In this document: in pieces, positions 1 through 10,443 of the stretch
How positions within the stretch are numbered: position 1 is the first letter of the stretch
Layout: the number at the start of each line of letters is the position of its first letter
Source of the DNA: Candidatus Latescibacterota bacterium
GTDB taxonomy: Bacteria; Latescibacterota; UBA2968
Direction of reading: 5' to 3'
Length of the DNA: 64,000 nt
Assembly: GCA_965204745.1 (NCBI GenBank)
Contig: OZ242010.1
Location: 4,416,001-4,480,000, forward strand
Program-made: the position numbers and the translations under genes
Notes under the pieces: model-generated
The model's database searches: none
Told to the model about the DNA's origin: nothing
The model's input: the letters and a program-made list of their open reading frames with translations, nothing else

Positions 1-3000
1 TGCTCGTTGGTATCGTCGCCGGTGACGGATACGGCAATGGTATCGCGCGTCACGCCAGCCGCTAAGGTCAGCGTGCCGGCAGCGATTGCGGTGTAGTCCG
101 TGCCCGGCGTCGCTGTCCGACCCGAGGCGGTTTCCGCATAATCCACCGTCACCACCTTCCCACTCGCCGCGCTCAACGTCACGATGAACTCAAGCGACGG
201 CGTGGTGCCAGTGGCGCCCTCGGCCACACTCGGAGAACTAATACTCAGCGACGGCTCGTCGTCATCATCGTTGATCGTTCCGGTGCCGGACGCCGTGCTT
301 ATCGTCGCATTGGTCGGACTGCTCAACTCGACGACCACGGTCTCATTCTCCTCATCAAGGGCATCGCCGCGGACAGTCACCGCAATGGTATCGCGCGTCA
401 CGCCAGCCGCTAAGGTCAACGTGCCGCCAGTGATTGCCGTGTAGTCCGTGCCCGGCGTCGCTGTCCGACCCGTAGCGGTTTCCGCATAGACCACCGTCAC
501 TACCTTCCCACTCGCCGCGCTCAACGAGACGATGAACTCAAGCGACGCCGTGGCGCCAGTGGCGCCCTCGGCCACACTCGCATCAGCAATACTCAGCGTC
601 GGCTCGTCGTCATCATCGTTGATCGTACCGGTGCCGGTCGCCGTGCTTATCATCGCATTGACCGCATTGCTCAACTCAACGACCACGGTCTCATTCGCCT
701 CATCGAGGGCATCGGCGGTGACGGACACGGCAAGGGTATCGCGCGTCACACCAGCCGCAATCGTCAGCGTGCCAGACGCAAGGGCAGTGTAGTCCACCCC
801 CGGCGTTGCGGTACGACCCGTAGCGGTTTCCGCATAGTCCACCGTGACTTGCTGACCACTCGCCGGGTTCAACGTCACGACGAACTCAAGGGATGAGGAA
901 CCGCTCCCCTCGGCCACACTCGGAGAACTAATACTCAGACTCGGCACGCCGTCATCATTGGTGATCGTTCCGGTACCGGTGAGGGTCGCGCCATCGCCGC
1001 TGAGGGTCGCATTGCTCGGATTGCTCAGCCTCACGATCACGGTCTCATTTGGCTCGTTGGTGCCATCACCGGTGACGGACACGGCAAGGGTATCGCTCGT
1101 CACACCGGCCGCGAACGTCAGCGTGCCGGCAGCGATTGTTGTGTAGTCCGTGCCCGAAGTCGCGCTCCCGGTGCCCGCATCCGCATAATCCACCGTCACT
1201 TGCCGACCACTGACCGCGCTCAACGAGACGATGAACTCAAGCGATGGCGTGGTGCCAGTGGCGCCCTCGGCCACACTCGCATCAGCAATACTCACCACAG
1301 GCGGGTCGTCATCATCGGTGATCGTACCGGTGCCGGACGCCGTGCTTATCGTCGCATTGGTCGGACTGCTCAGCGTCACGACCACGGTCTCATTCTCCTC
1401 ATCGAGGGCATCGCCGGTGACAGTCACGGCAATGGTATCGCGCGTCACGCCAGCCGCTAAGGTCAGCGTGCCGCCAGTGATTGTTGTGTAGTCCGTGCCC
1501 GAAGTCGCGGTCCCGGTACCCGCATCTGTATAGCCCACCGTCACTACCTTCCCACTCGCCGCGCTCAACGTCACGATGAACTCAAGCGACGCCGTCTCCG
1601 TATCGTCGCTCTCGTCCACACTCGGAGAACCAATACTCAGCGTCGGCGGGTCGTCATCATCGGTGATCGTACCGGTGCCGGATGCCGTGCTGATCGTCGC
1701 ATTGCTCGCATTGCTCAGCGTCACGATCACGGTCTCATCATCCTCGTCAAGAGCATCGGCGAGGACAGGCACGGCAATGGTATCGCGCGTCACGCCAGCC
1801 GCTAAGGTCAGCGTGCCGTCAGTGATTGCCGTGTAGTCCGTGCCCGAAGTCGCGGTCCCGGTAGTCGCGTCCGCATAGTCCACCGTGACTTGTTGACTAC
1901 TTGCTATGCTCAACGTGACGATGAACTCAAGGGACGAGGAACCGCTCCCCTCGACCACACTCGGAGAACCAATACTCAACGCCGGCTCGTCATCATCGTT
2001 CACCGTCACCGACACGCTGGCGATAGACATACCAATCCTATAGGATCCCGAAGCGGTGGTAACGCGGTGAGTCACACTCGCGGTGTCGTTCAAGCCATCG
2101 GTATCAGGATTTGCGGTCACGGTCACCGTCTGTGGGCTGTCCCAATTCCCATTTGTGAAGGTCAGCGACGTAGAGGACAAGATGACATCGGTGTTGTTAC
2201 TACTGACGCCAATCACGACGTTGCTGGAGGGTTGGATATCCAGCACGACCGTATAGGTGCCTTGGTTGGCGTTGGAACCCCCGGGATCCTCATTTAACGT
2301 CAGACTGCTCTCGCTGATCGAGACCCCTGCCACCTTGATGGTGAACGACAGACTGGCGCGATCAGTAGGTGTCCTGTCGTCATCCGCATCCACCGCATAG
2401 ATGTTGACGGGGAAAGTACCCCCCGCAGTAGGCGTGCCGCAGATGCTACGCGCCAGCGAGCCGGTACAACTCCCACTACCATCGGCATCAAAGGTCAAAC
2501 CCGCAGGCAAACCGGACGCTTCATAAGTAAGAGCACCATCGCCGTCAGTCGCCGCAGGCACTCGAAACCCCGAAATGCCCTCGCCAGAGGTGAAGGTCAT
2601 GTCAGACACTGAACCAGCACCAAAGGACGGAACCGAGTTCCCACGCGACAAGGTCACAGTGTAGGCCGTGGATTGCGAGCTTTCAGTGACCGAGACCGAG
2701 ACGGTGTTGGCACCGCGATTCAGGGAACTGATGACATGTGTGTCACCGCTGTCGACCGTGTTCGCGGCCCCCCCATTGATGCTGACGCTGATAGTGGCCG
2801 TGCCCAAACTAGCCGTGGGCGTGATATGGAGGGAATCGGTGATGGAGGGGAGGTTCCCAGTGTAGTTGACTATGGACGAGGCGAAGGACGGCATCAGCGT
2901 GACCGACTCGGAAATGGGAATGGATATCCACGCTGTCATGACAGTGGCTGTACTCCCCTCATCATAAATGTGCCACATAACCCCGCCAGAGTCAACTTCG

Positions 3001-6000
3001 GCTTGGGTAAGCGTGATCGATGTGGGATGAGTAAGGATTGAGATTTGACGACATCCCGTCCTGCCAGTAGGGTCGCCCTGTCGCGTATCCCTATTCGCAC
3101 AAACATGGTGAAAATACTCATTGGTAGCATCAGAAGCGGGGCCAGTAATCGTTACCGGTTGTGCAGTCGTTTGCGGCAAGAGGGTGCTGAAGCCAATCGA
3201 GAAGGTGGCATAGACTGTAGCTGGATTTTTATACGAGGCGTTAGCCGGCGGATTTTTTGTCGTGGTCACAGCCAGTGCCAGGCCGGACAGCGTCGGTTTG
3301 GGCGTGCCAGTCGCCTCGCTGGAGGCTTCACTGTCGTCTGCATGCGTGCGCGTGGCAATCACCTGAACCGTGTAAGCCGTGCCGCCAGTCAGACCGGGAA
3401 TTTTATGACTCACGCCGGTCACACTGGTCTGACGGTCAGTCGTGTTGTATGCCTGACTCCCAGACTTCCATTGCACCTTGTAACCCGTCGCACCGGTCAC
3501 AGCGTCCCAACTCACCTCGAGGCTATCCACCAAAGCCGTCACCTGCACATTCGTCGGCGCGTCAGGCTGGGGGGCCTTGGGAACGCCGGTCGCACTGTCG
3601 GAGGCTTCACTGTCCTCGAAAGTCGCACGGGTGGCGATCACCCGAACCGTATAAGTCGTTCCAGCGGTCAGATCGGGAATCTTATGACTCACGCCGGTCA
3701 CACTGGCCTGACGATCAGTCGTGTTGTATACCTCGCTCCCAGACTTCCACTGCACCTTGTAACCCGTCGCACCGGTCACAGCGTCCCAACTCACCGATAG
3801 GGTATCCACCAAGGCCGTCACCTGCACATTCGTCGGCCTGACCAGCATGTCGTCATCGTTCACCGTTACCGTCACGCTGGCGATAGACAGACTAGTCGTA
3901 TAGTCTCCCGAAGCGGTGGTAACGCTGTGACTCACTGTCGCGGTGTCGTCCTGGTCATCGGTATCCTGCCCTGCGGTCACGGTCACCGTCTGTGCCGTGT
4001 TCCAATTCCCATTTGTGAAGGTCAGCGACGTAGAGGACAAGGTGACATCGCTGTTGTTACTACTGACGCCAATCACGACGTTGTTGGCGGGTTGGGCATC
4101 CAGCACGACCGTATAGGTGCCGCGGTTGGCGTTGGCCCCCCCGGGAGCCTCCTCTAACGTCAGACTGCTCCTGCTGACGGTCACACCCGCAGATGGCGAA
4201 ACCGTCACTGTGCTCGTGGTCAGAACACTATTCGCATTACTCCCCGCTGCCAACACCCTCACCGCCAAGGTCTGGGCAGTGGTAAAGTTGCCACTGAAGG
4301 ACAGCGTCAGAACCGCACTAGTCGTACCACCCGCACCTGCTCCCAACGAAGTGATGGACACACTCGGGATAGCCGTCACCAACTCGAAGTGAGAGGCACT
4401 TACACCACTGCTGAACAGGGCATGTTGCAACGTCAGCGTGACCGTCGCGCTGTTCAGATTGGACTCGGTCAACGAAGCGGGATTAGTCGAAGAGATCGAG
4501 ACCCCTCTCACATTGATGGTGAACGACAGACTGCCGCGATCAGCAGGGGTCCTGTCGTTATCCGCATCCACCGCATAGATGGTGACAGAGGAAGTACCCC
4601 CCGCAGTAGGCGTGCCGCAGATGGTACGCGCCCCCGTACAACTCCCACTGCCATCGGCATCAAAGGTCAAACCCGCAGGCAAGCCAGTCGCTTCATAAGT
4701 AAGGACACCATCGCCGCCAGTCGCCGCAGGCACTTGAAACTCCGAGCTCACGCCAGCGGTGAAGGTCTGTGTAGTCACTGGGGTATCAAAGGACGGAACC
4801 GAGTTCCCACGCGACAAGGTCACAGTGTAGGGCAGGGAGCCCGATCTTTCAGTGACCGTGACCGAGACGGTGTTGGCACCGCTACTCAGGGAACTGAGGG
4901 TGTGTGTGCTCGCGCTGGCGACCGTGGTCGCGGCCCCCGCATTGAGGCTGACGCTGATCGTGCTCGCGGCCGAACTGGCAGTAGGTGTAACCCGCAGACT
5001 GTTGCGATTCTGGGCAATCGCCCCTGTGTATGCGGTAGTCCCCGCGCTGAAGGTAGGCGTCAGCGTGACCGCCGCGTCGGAAACGGGAATGGGTATCCAC
5101 TCTCTTATGACAGTGACTTCACCCTCCCCCTCCCAAACGTGCCACATGACCCCGCCAAAGTCAACCTCGGCTCGGGTGAGCGTGATCGATGTGGGATGAT
5201 TAAGTCTTCCGATTTGACGACATCCCGTCCTGCCATCAGGGTTGACCTGTCGCGTATCCTTATCCGCACAAACATAGTGAAAATAAGAAGAATTCCCATC
5301 AGAAGGGGGGCCATTATTAATCGTTACCAATTGCGAAGTCGTTTGCGGCATGAGGGAGGTGAAGCCAAGCGAGAAGGATGTATAGGTTGTAGCTGGATTT
5401 TTATACGAGGCGTTAGCCGGCGGAGCGACTATCTTGGCCGCAACCAGTGTCAAGCCGGACAGCGTCGGCGAGGCGTCATTATCGTTGATCGTTCCGGTGC
5501 CGGTCGTCGTGCTTATCGTCGCATTGGTCGCATTTCTCAGCGTCACGATCACGGTCTCATTTGGCTCGTTGGCATCGTCACCGGTGACAGTCACGGCAAG
5601 GGTATCGCTCGTCACACCAGCCGCGAACGTCAGCGTGCCATCAGTGATTGCAGTGTAGTCCGTGCTCGAAGACGCGGTCCCGGTGCCCGCATCCGTATAG
5701 CCCACCGTCACTTGCCGACCACTGACCGCGCTCAACGTGACGATGAACTCAAGCGACGCCGTGTCCCCATCGTCGACCTCGGTCACACTCGCATCAGCAA
5801 TACTCAGCGACGGCTCTTCGTCATTATCTCTAATCGTCCCGGTGCCGGTGAGGGTTGAACGACCGCCGGCGAAGACCGCATTGATCGGACTTCTCAGCGT
5901 CATGATCACGGTCTCATCATCCTCATCGAGGGCATCGTTAGTGACGGACACGGTAATGGTACGGCTCGTCACACCTACCGCGAACGTCAACGTGCCATCA

Positions 6001-8114
6001 GTGATTGCGGTATAGTCCGTGCCCGAAGTCGCGGTCCCGGTAGTCGCGTCTGTATAGCCCACCGTGACTTGCTGACCACCGGCCGCACTCAACGAGACGA
6101 TGAACTCAAGGGATGAACCGCTCCCTTCAGCCACACTCGGAGAACTAATACTCACCATCGGAAGACTGACGCCAGCGTCCTGTAGCGTCAAAGAGGCCCC
6201 GGTCACACTGCCCGCGCCATGGTCGTTACTCGCCACACCGGTCACGGTCACGACGCGATTACTAGCATCAATTTGGCCGTTATTCACCGCCGTGATCACT
6301 ACCGTGTCCGACGCGTTCGTCGTGTTCCCGGCGGCAATGGCAATCGTCGCATCCGACCCCACCGTGTAACCACCAGTCACCGGGCTCACCGTGATAGTCG
6401 TCGCCTCACTCGATGGATGTGCCAGCGTCGCCGTCACCGTGCTCACGCCGCCATTTTCCGAGATTGACGAGGGCGACAGCGTCAGCTGCACGCTCGGCGC
6501 GTCATCATCGTCTGTGATAGTCAATGTCACGGCAGACGGGGCCAACGCCCCATTGCCACCCGCCACCGTTGCAGACACGGTCACGCGCTTGTCCGGTGCA
6601 TCGGTCGTGTTGTTCACCGCTGTGATCGTCACAGTGCCCGTGCTCGTCGTCGCATTCGCCGCGATAGTCAGCGTGGCCGTGCTCGATAGCGTGAAGTCGC
6701 CCGCAACCGCAGGCGACACAGCCTGTGCTGAGACCGTGATCGTCGTCGCCGCGTTCGACGGATGTGCCAGCGTCGCGCTCACCGTGCTCACACCGCCGTC
6801 TTCCGAAATCGACGCGGGCGTCAGTGCCAACGTCACACTCGCGGGTTGGAGCCGAAATTGCACGGTGGTGTCCAGGCCGGCATACTTCAACACGGGATAC
6901 TGATCCGTCGCGCCAAAGTACCACGGCTCGTCGTTGCCCGTTTGCCCGTCCAGATTCAGGTTCCAGTTGGTGGCATAGATGCCGGTATAGCCGGTGGGGC
7001 TTTGGAGTGCGCTGGTGGCCTGGGGGATACCTTTTCCGGTGTCGTTTTGTCCAGTGGTGGTACTATCGTAGTAGCTGTGGCTACTTGAGCTACCAAATGC
7101 TTGGGTACCAACCAGGCCACCAACCGATGACGGGGTAGCACCACTGACCGGGCCGATGGCATAGCTACCGGTTATCGTGCTCTGATCGAAGTTGGCACCG
7201 ACCATGCCGCCGACGGCACTATTACCGCTGACTGTGCCGGTGGCATAGCTAGCGCGTATGGCGGCCCTTGGGGTGCCGCTGTTGCCGTGGTAGCCCACCA
7301 GGCCGCCGACGTAAGCCTGACCGCTGACTGCGCCGGTGACATAGCTAGCGGTTATCGTGCCGCTATTCCAGCCCACCATGCCGCCGAAGCTTATATTATC
7401 ACTAAGGCGGTTACCACGCCCAATGACGTTCACCTCGGAGCGACAGGCGGTAATGGTCGAGTTGCCGTGCGCCAGCCTGCCCACCAGGCCGGCGCTTCGT
7501 GCTAACCCGCTGACCTGTCCGGTGACGTGGATGTGCATGAGCTGTAGATTGTTGCCTTCGCCAACAAGGACAGCGACTTCAGCATCGCCGGTCACATTGG
7601 CGTTCACCAGGCTCAAATTGCGAATCGTGCCGCCCTCGGCATAGCCGAACAGCCCGGTTTTGCTGACGGCAGAGCGGTCGATAAACAGGTTGGAGATGGT
7701 ATTGTCGTTGCCGTGGAAGGTGCCGGTGTATTTCGTCGTGTTGTTACCGATGGGCATCCAGCCTGCGCCGCTGTTCCAGTAGGTGGCGTCTGCTACGGTG
7801 ATTTGACCGTCGCTATTCTCGTCAAAGTCCAAGTTGTTCATCAACTCGTAGCCGGTGCAGGTAGCCGGGCAACCCATGCCCGTGGCGGGGTTGGAAAAGG
7901 CGGTGGTGTAGTTCGTCCAGTCGCTGGCACTGACGCTGCCTCGTGCGCCATCGCCATCGAGGTCATAGCGAATGGCATTCAGTTGCAGCAAGGAGGTAAC
8001 GTCAATCAGGTTGTCGTTGTCCGAATCGTAATCGGTTTGGGCAAAAGCTGGCCCCGATGCCATCAGAAAAACCAGCGCGACCATAGCCAACAAATGAGTG
8101 TAGCGGGACATCAT
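1..8114 (-). CDS. Giant secreted adhesin-like protein (>2700 aa, runs off the left edge): signal peptide, EF-hand/GLUG module, Ig-like repeats, Fn3, cadherin/He_PIG-like and many Calx-beta repeats
   Basis: Hand translation at the 5' end gives MMSRYTHLLAMVALVFLMASGPAFAQTDYDSDNDNLIDV after a GGAG RBS. The same frame at 3-60 reads VTRDTIAVSVTGDDTNE (Calx-beta), and it is also open when spot-checked near 3.2 kb. It is probably missing from the ORF track because it has no stop in the window. Paralog of 21968-33265. Confidence 0.9.
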   Translation of the reverse strand, partial: MMSRYTHLLAMVALVFLMASGPAFAQTDYDSDNDNLIDVTSLLQLNAIRYDLDGDGARGSVSASDWTNYTTAFSNPATGMGCPATCTGYELMNNLDFDENSDGQITVADATYWNSGAGWMPIGNNTTKYTGTFHGNDNTISNLFIDRSAVSKTGLFGYAEGGTIRNLSLVNANVTGDAEVAVLVGEGNNLQLMHIHVTGQVSGLARSAGLVGRLAHGNSTITACRSEVNVIGRGNRLSDNISFGGMVGWNSGTITASYVTGAVSGQAYVGGLVGYHGNSGTPRAAIRASYATGTVSGNSAVGGMVGANFDQSTITGSYAIGPVSGATPSSVGGLVGTQAFGSSSSHSYYDSTTTGQNDTGKGIPQATSALQSPTGYTGIYATNWNLNLDGQTGNDEPWYFGATDQYPVLKYAGLDTTVQFRLQPASVTLALTPASISEDGGVSTVSATLAHPSNAATTITVSAQAVSPAVAGDFTLSSTATLTIAANATTSTGTVTITAVNNTTDAPDKRVTVSATVAGGNGALAPSAVTLTITDDDDAPSVQLTLSPSSISENGGVSTVTATLAHPSSEATTITVSPVTGGYTVGSDATIAIAAGNTTNASDTVVITAVNNGQIDASNRVVTVTGVASNDHGAGSVTGASLTLQDAGVSLPMVSISSPSVAEGSGSSLEFIVSLSAAGGQQVTVGYTDATTGTATSGTDYTAITDGTLTFAVGVTSRTITVSVTNDALDEDDETVIMTLRSPINAVFAGGRSTLTGTGTIRDNDEEPSLSIADASVTEVDDGDTASLEFIVTLSAVSGRQVTVGYTDAGTGTASSSTDYTAITDGTLTFAAGVTSDTLAVTVTGDDANEPNETVIVTLRNATNATISTTTGTGTINDNDASPTLSGLTLVAAKIVAPPANASYKNPATTYTSFSLGFTSLMPQTTSQLVTINNGPPSDGNSSYFHYVCADKDTRQVNPDGRTGCRQIGRLNHPTSITLTRAEVDFGGVMWHVWEGEGEVTVIREWIPIPVSDAAVTLTPTFSAGTTAYTGAIAQNRNSLRVTPTASSAASTISVSLNAGAATTVASASTHTLSSLSSGANTVSVTVTERSGSLPYTVTLSRGNSVPSFDTPVTTQTFTAGVSSEFQVPAATGGDGVLTYEATGLPAGLTFDADGSGSCTGARTICGTPTAGGTSSVTIYAVDADNDRTPADRGSLSFTINVRGVSISSTNPASLTESNLNSATVTLTLQHALFSSGVSASHFELVTAIPSVSITSLGAGAGGTTSAVLTLSFSGNFTTAQTLAVRVLAAGSNANSVLTTSTVTVSPSAGVTVSRSSLTLEEAPGGANANRGTYTVVLDAQPANNVVIGVSSNNSDVTLSSTSLTFTNGNWNTAQTVTVTAGQDTDDQDDTATVSHSVTTASGDYTTSLSIASVTVTVNDDDMLVRPTNVQVTALVDTLSVSWDAVTGATGYKVQWKSGSEVYNTTDRQASVTGVSHKIPDLTAGTTYTVRVIATRATFEDSEASDSATGVPKAPQPDAPTNVQVTALVDSLEVSWDAVTGATGYKVQWKSGSQAYNTTDRQTSVTGVSHKIPGLTGGTAYTVQVIATRTHADDSEASSEATGTPKPTLSGLALAVTTTKNPPANASYKNPATVYATFSIGFSTLLPQTTAQPVTITGPASDATNEYFHHVCANRDTRQGDPTGRTGCRQISILTHPTSITLTQAEVDSGGVMWHIYDEGSTATVMTAWISIPISESVTLMPSFASSIVNYTGNLPSITDSLHITPTASLGTATISVSINGGAANTVDSGDTHVISSLNRGANTVSVSVTESSQSTAYTVTLSRGNSVPSFGAGSVSDMTFTSGEGISGFRVPAATDGDGALTYEASGLPAGLTFDADGSGSCTGSLARSICGTPTAGGTFPVNIYAVDADDDRTPTDRASLSFTIKVAGVSISESSLTLNEDPGGSNANQGTYTVVLDIQPSSNVVIGVSSNNTDVILSSTSLTFTNGNWDSPQTVTVTANPDTDGLNDTASVTHRVTTASGSYRIGMSIASVSVTVNDDDEPALSIGSPSVVEGSGSSSLEFIVTLSIASSQQVTVDYADATTGTATSGTDYTAITDGTLTLAAGVTRDTIAVPVLADALDEDDETVIVTLSNASNATISTASGTGTITDDDDPPTLSIGSPSVDESDDTETASLEFIVTLSAASGKVVTVGYTDAGTGTATSGTDYTTITGGTLTLAAGVTRDTIAVTVTGDALDEENETVVVTLSSPTNATISTASGTGTITDDDDPPVVSIADASVAEGATGTTPSLEFIVSLSAVSGRQVTVDYADAGTGSATSGTDYTTIAAGTLTFAAGVTSDTLAVSVTGDGTNEPNETVIVRLSNPSNATLSGDGATLTGTGTITNDDGVPSLSISSPSVAEGSGSSSLEFVVTLNPASGQQVTVDYAETATGRTATPGVDYTALASGTLTIAAGVTRDTLAVSVTADALDEANETVVVELSNAVNAMISTATGTGTINDDDDEPTLSIADASVAEGATGATASLEFIVSLSAASGKVVTVVYAETATGRTATPGTDYTAITGGTLTLAAGVTRDTIAVTVRGDALDEENETVVVELSSPTNATISTASGTGTINDDDDEPSLSISSPSVAEGATGTTPSLEFIVTLSAASGKVVTVDYAETASGRTATPGTDYTAIAAGTLTLAAGVTRDTIAVSVTGDDTNE

Positions 8115-8297
8115 ATCAGACTCCTCTCGGGGGGGGGGGGGGGGGGGGTACACTGTACTGATCACCCTAACGGATTGTTTTGCAAGAAAATAAAAGCATG
8201 CACCAAGACGGGTATAGGAGACATGAACCCCGGTTTTCGCAGGGGAATAGGGGTCTCCAAACAGGTTTGAACAACGGGAAAAAATAGCAGTCAACAT
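8115..8297 (-). other. Leader ORF (MLTAIFSRCSNL...VISTVYPPPPPPREESD), currently fused in frame to giant gene 1
   Basis: GGGAGG RBS precedes the ATG at 8297. There is no stop before the ATG at 8114. It is homologous to leader 21801-21971. Confidence 0.75.
8129..8148. repeat. G20 homopolymer (C20 on the coding strand), putative slipped-strand phase-variation tract
   Basis: 20 consecutive G counted, directly adjacent to the RBS of giant gene 1. Confidence 0.85.
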
Positions 8298-8373
8298 GTG
8301 AACCCTCCCAAAAAAACAGAATGAGTTGTACAAACTTAGCATGCGCCAAATAACAATGGTGAAACAAGTATGA

Positions 8374-8401
8374 AATGTAACACCTTATATTTGTTTGTCA
8401 A
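8374..8401 (-). promoter_or_regulatory. Sigma70-like promoter for leader plus giant gene 1
   Basis: TTGACA-N16-TACATT; shares TTGACAAACAA with the promoter at 21690. Confidence 0.55.
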
Positions 8402-8468
8402 GACATTATTAGGCTCTGTTGACTTTTTTTTTGCGATGCGCTCGCCCGTGGGCGTGAGCGCGACGCCC

Positions 8469-8543
8469 TTGAACGGGCTATCGCCAGTTGTACCCCGCTC
8501 GTGCCTTTGAACGGGCTATCGCCAGTTGTACCCCGCTCGTGGC
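8469..8543. repeat. Two tandem 38-bp units (TTGAACGGGCTATCGCCAGTTGTACCCC...) of a dispersed repeat family
   Basis: Related copies at ~39371-39420, ~40676-40762 and inverted at ~54290-54326. Confidence 0.8.
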
Positions 8544-8584
8544 TAATCGCCTCGTGTGGCTCACTTCAGGTTGGGTGGTTGGGT

Positions 8585-8661
8585 GGGGACTGACTACTGA
8601 CTACTGACAACTGCCTCTTACCTCTTACCTCTTACGCTCTTACCTCTTACCTCTTACGCTC
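8585..8661. repeat. Heptamer tandem repeats (ACTGACT and CCTCTTA types)
   Basis: Read directly. The ACTGACT type recurs at ~10395, ~21093, ~44107 and ~54390; 14-mer versions occur at ~33601 and ~51280. Confidence 0.8.
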
Positions 8662-10380
8662 TTTGTGCGTCAGGGTAATGGCTGAGAGGGACAAGCCTGC
8701 GCGGGATTGTCGGTTGATGGCTTCGGCGCGGACTTCGATGGTATAAACCCCGGGCGCGTCGAGTTGGACATCGCCGATCACAGTGGCGGCCTCGGGGAAA
8801 TACCGCGCTTTGGGGCTGTCGCTCCAGGCGTCGGGGGCGATGGTTTTGCGGAAGCTGTGACCCGAAAGATCCACGCGAACTTCGTGTCCCCCCATCCAGT
8901 CGCGTGCTCGGCGGAGCGCGCTGGTGTGGATGCGGATTTCAAACGCGCCGGGGTGGGACACCTTGAACGCGCAATCGATCCAGTTGGACGTGCTGAACCA
9001 ATCTTCGATAACGCCGCTTTCGCCAATGCGGATTTGCGTTCCGGATTCGGGGGCGTGCAAATTGACCATGCTGGCGATCATGGTGATGCTGCCGTCGGCT
9101 TGCTGGATGGCGGTTTGATCGACATCGGGCGCGCCATCGAGATCCAAAGCCACGACCGCGACATGGGGATCCGGGCATTCGGGCAGGCGCAATTCCAGCA
9201 TGTCGCAGTCGTTGTCGCGGGTTTGAGACACTTCGATGGGTGCGCGTTCGTCTGCGAGCAGAGTCGCTTTTTGGACGCGGTTGTGCAGACCGGGCAGCGC
9301 GAACCGCTCGCCGGGCCAGTGGGTAAAGAGCAAATAGAGGCGGTTGCCTTTTTGCGTGATGCCGCCCCATGGAAATTCATGTGGATACGGCGTGGGCTTT
9401 GCGCCGTAGATGGCTTCGCCGTTGGTTTTCATCCAGTCGCCGATGGCGCGCAGGCGATAGACACTTTCATCGGGCACGCTGCCATCTGCACGCGGGCCGA
9501 TATTGAGCAAATAGTTGACCCCCTTGCTGCCGAGATCGACGAGCAGATGGAGCAGGGTTTTGACGCTTTTCCAGTTGTGGTCGTCGGTTTTGTACCCCCA
9601 CGTATCGTTGAGGGTGGCCGGCGTTTCCCAATACCCTTTGAGGCGGCCCGTGGGAATTTGGTTGTCCCCCAAACTGCCGTAGTCCCCCACGCCATTGCCC
9701 ACGCGGCCGCTTACGAGGCAGTCGGGTTGCAAGGTGTGGACCAGGCGGGAGAGGGACTGGCTTTGTTCCAATGAAATGGATACGGGCGTGTCGAACCAGA
9801 TCAGGCCGATGGGGCCGTATTGCGTGAGCAACTCGCGCACTTGGGGTTTGACTTTGTTTTTCAGATAAGAGGCGAAGTCCTTTGTCGCCGGGTCAAAGTC
9901 CCAGTCATTGCCCGAGGCATTGGGGTCGTGCCAGTCCTGATCTTGCGAGTAGTAAAAGCAGAGGCGGATGCCGTATTTTTGACAGGCTTTGGCGAGCGCG
10001 GCCATGATGTCTTTGCCGTAAGGCGTGGCATCGACGATGTCGTAGTCGCTGCACGGCGAGTCATACATGGCAAAGCCATCGTGGTGTTTGGCCGTGATGA
10101 CGAGGTATTTCATCCCCGCATCTCGCGCGAGTTTGGCGATGGCGTCGGCGTCGAAGTTCACGGGGTTGAATCGCGAGGCGAGTCGTTCGTATTCCGATGC
10201 CGGAATTTCTGCGCGCCGCATAATCCATTCGCCAATGCCCTCAATGGCTTTGCCCTTCCATTTGCCCGCGGGAATCGCGTACAGGCCCCAGTGGATAAAC
10301 ATGCCAAACCGCGCTTCTTCCCACCACGCAATGCGCTCGTGGTCGCGTTGGGTCTGGCGCGTCTTTGCTGCGGTATTCAT
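8647..10380 (-). CDS. Alpha-L-fucosidase (GH29) with C-terminal beta-sandwich
   Basis: Motifs RFGMFIHWG, ITAKHHDGF, IWFD and LLNIGPRADG. Confidence 0.92.
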   Translation of the reverse strand: MNTAAKTRQTQRDHERIAWWEEARFGMFIHWGLYAIPAGKWKGKAIEGIGEWIMRRAEIPASEYERLASRFNPVNFDADAIAKLARDAGMKYLVITAKHHDGFAMYDSPCSDYDIVDATPYGKDIMAALAKACQKYGIRLCFYYSQDQDWHDPNASGNDWDFDPATKDFASYLKNKVKPQVRELLTQYGPIGLIWFDTPVSISLEQSQSLSRLVHTLQPDCLVSGRVGNGVGDYGSLGDNQIPTGRLKGYWETPATLNDTWGYKTDDHNWKSVKTLLHLLVDLGSKGVNYLLNIGPRADGSVPDESVYRLRAIGDWMKTNGEAIYGAKPTPYPHEFPWGGITQKGNRLYLLFTHWPGERFALPGLHNRVQKATLLADERAPIEVSQTRDNDCDMLELRLPECPDPHVAVVALDLDGAPDVDQTAIQQADGSITMIASMVNLHAPESGTQIRIGESGVIEDWFSTSNWIDCAFKVSHPGAFEIRIHTSALRRARDWMGGHEVRVDLSGHSFRKTIAPDAWSDSPKARYFPEAATVIGDVQLDAPGVYTIEVRAEAINRQSRAGLSLSAITLTHKERKR

Positions 10381-10443
10381 GGTGACTCCTTTCGGTCAGT
10401 GGTCAGTGGTCAGCAACAAGTCATCTTCAAATGGCTGATTTTC

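Noticed and set aside
184-8270. Many repeated plus-strand ORFs (86-aa MNSSD..., 4389-5858 and others)
   Set aside because: They are antisense shadows of the Calx-beta and other repeats of the minus-strand giant gene.
8410-8430. Complete second MITE
   Set aside because: Only one TIR-like end was found, with no inverted partner before the fucosidase gene.
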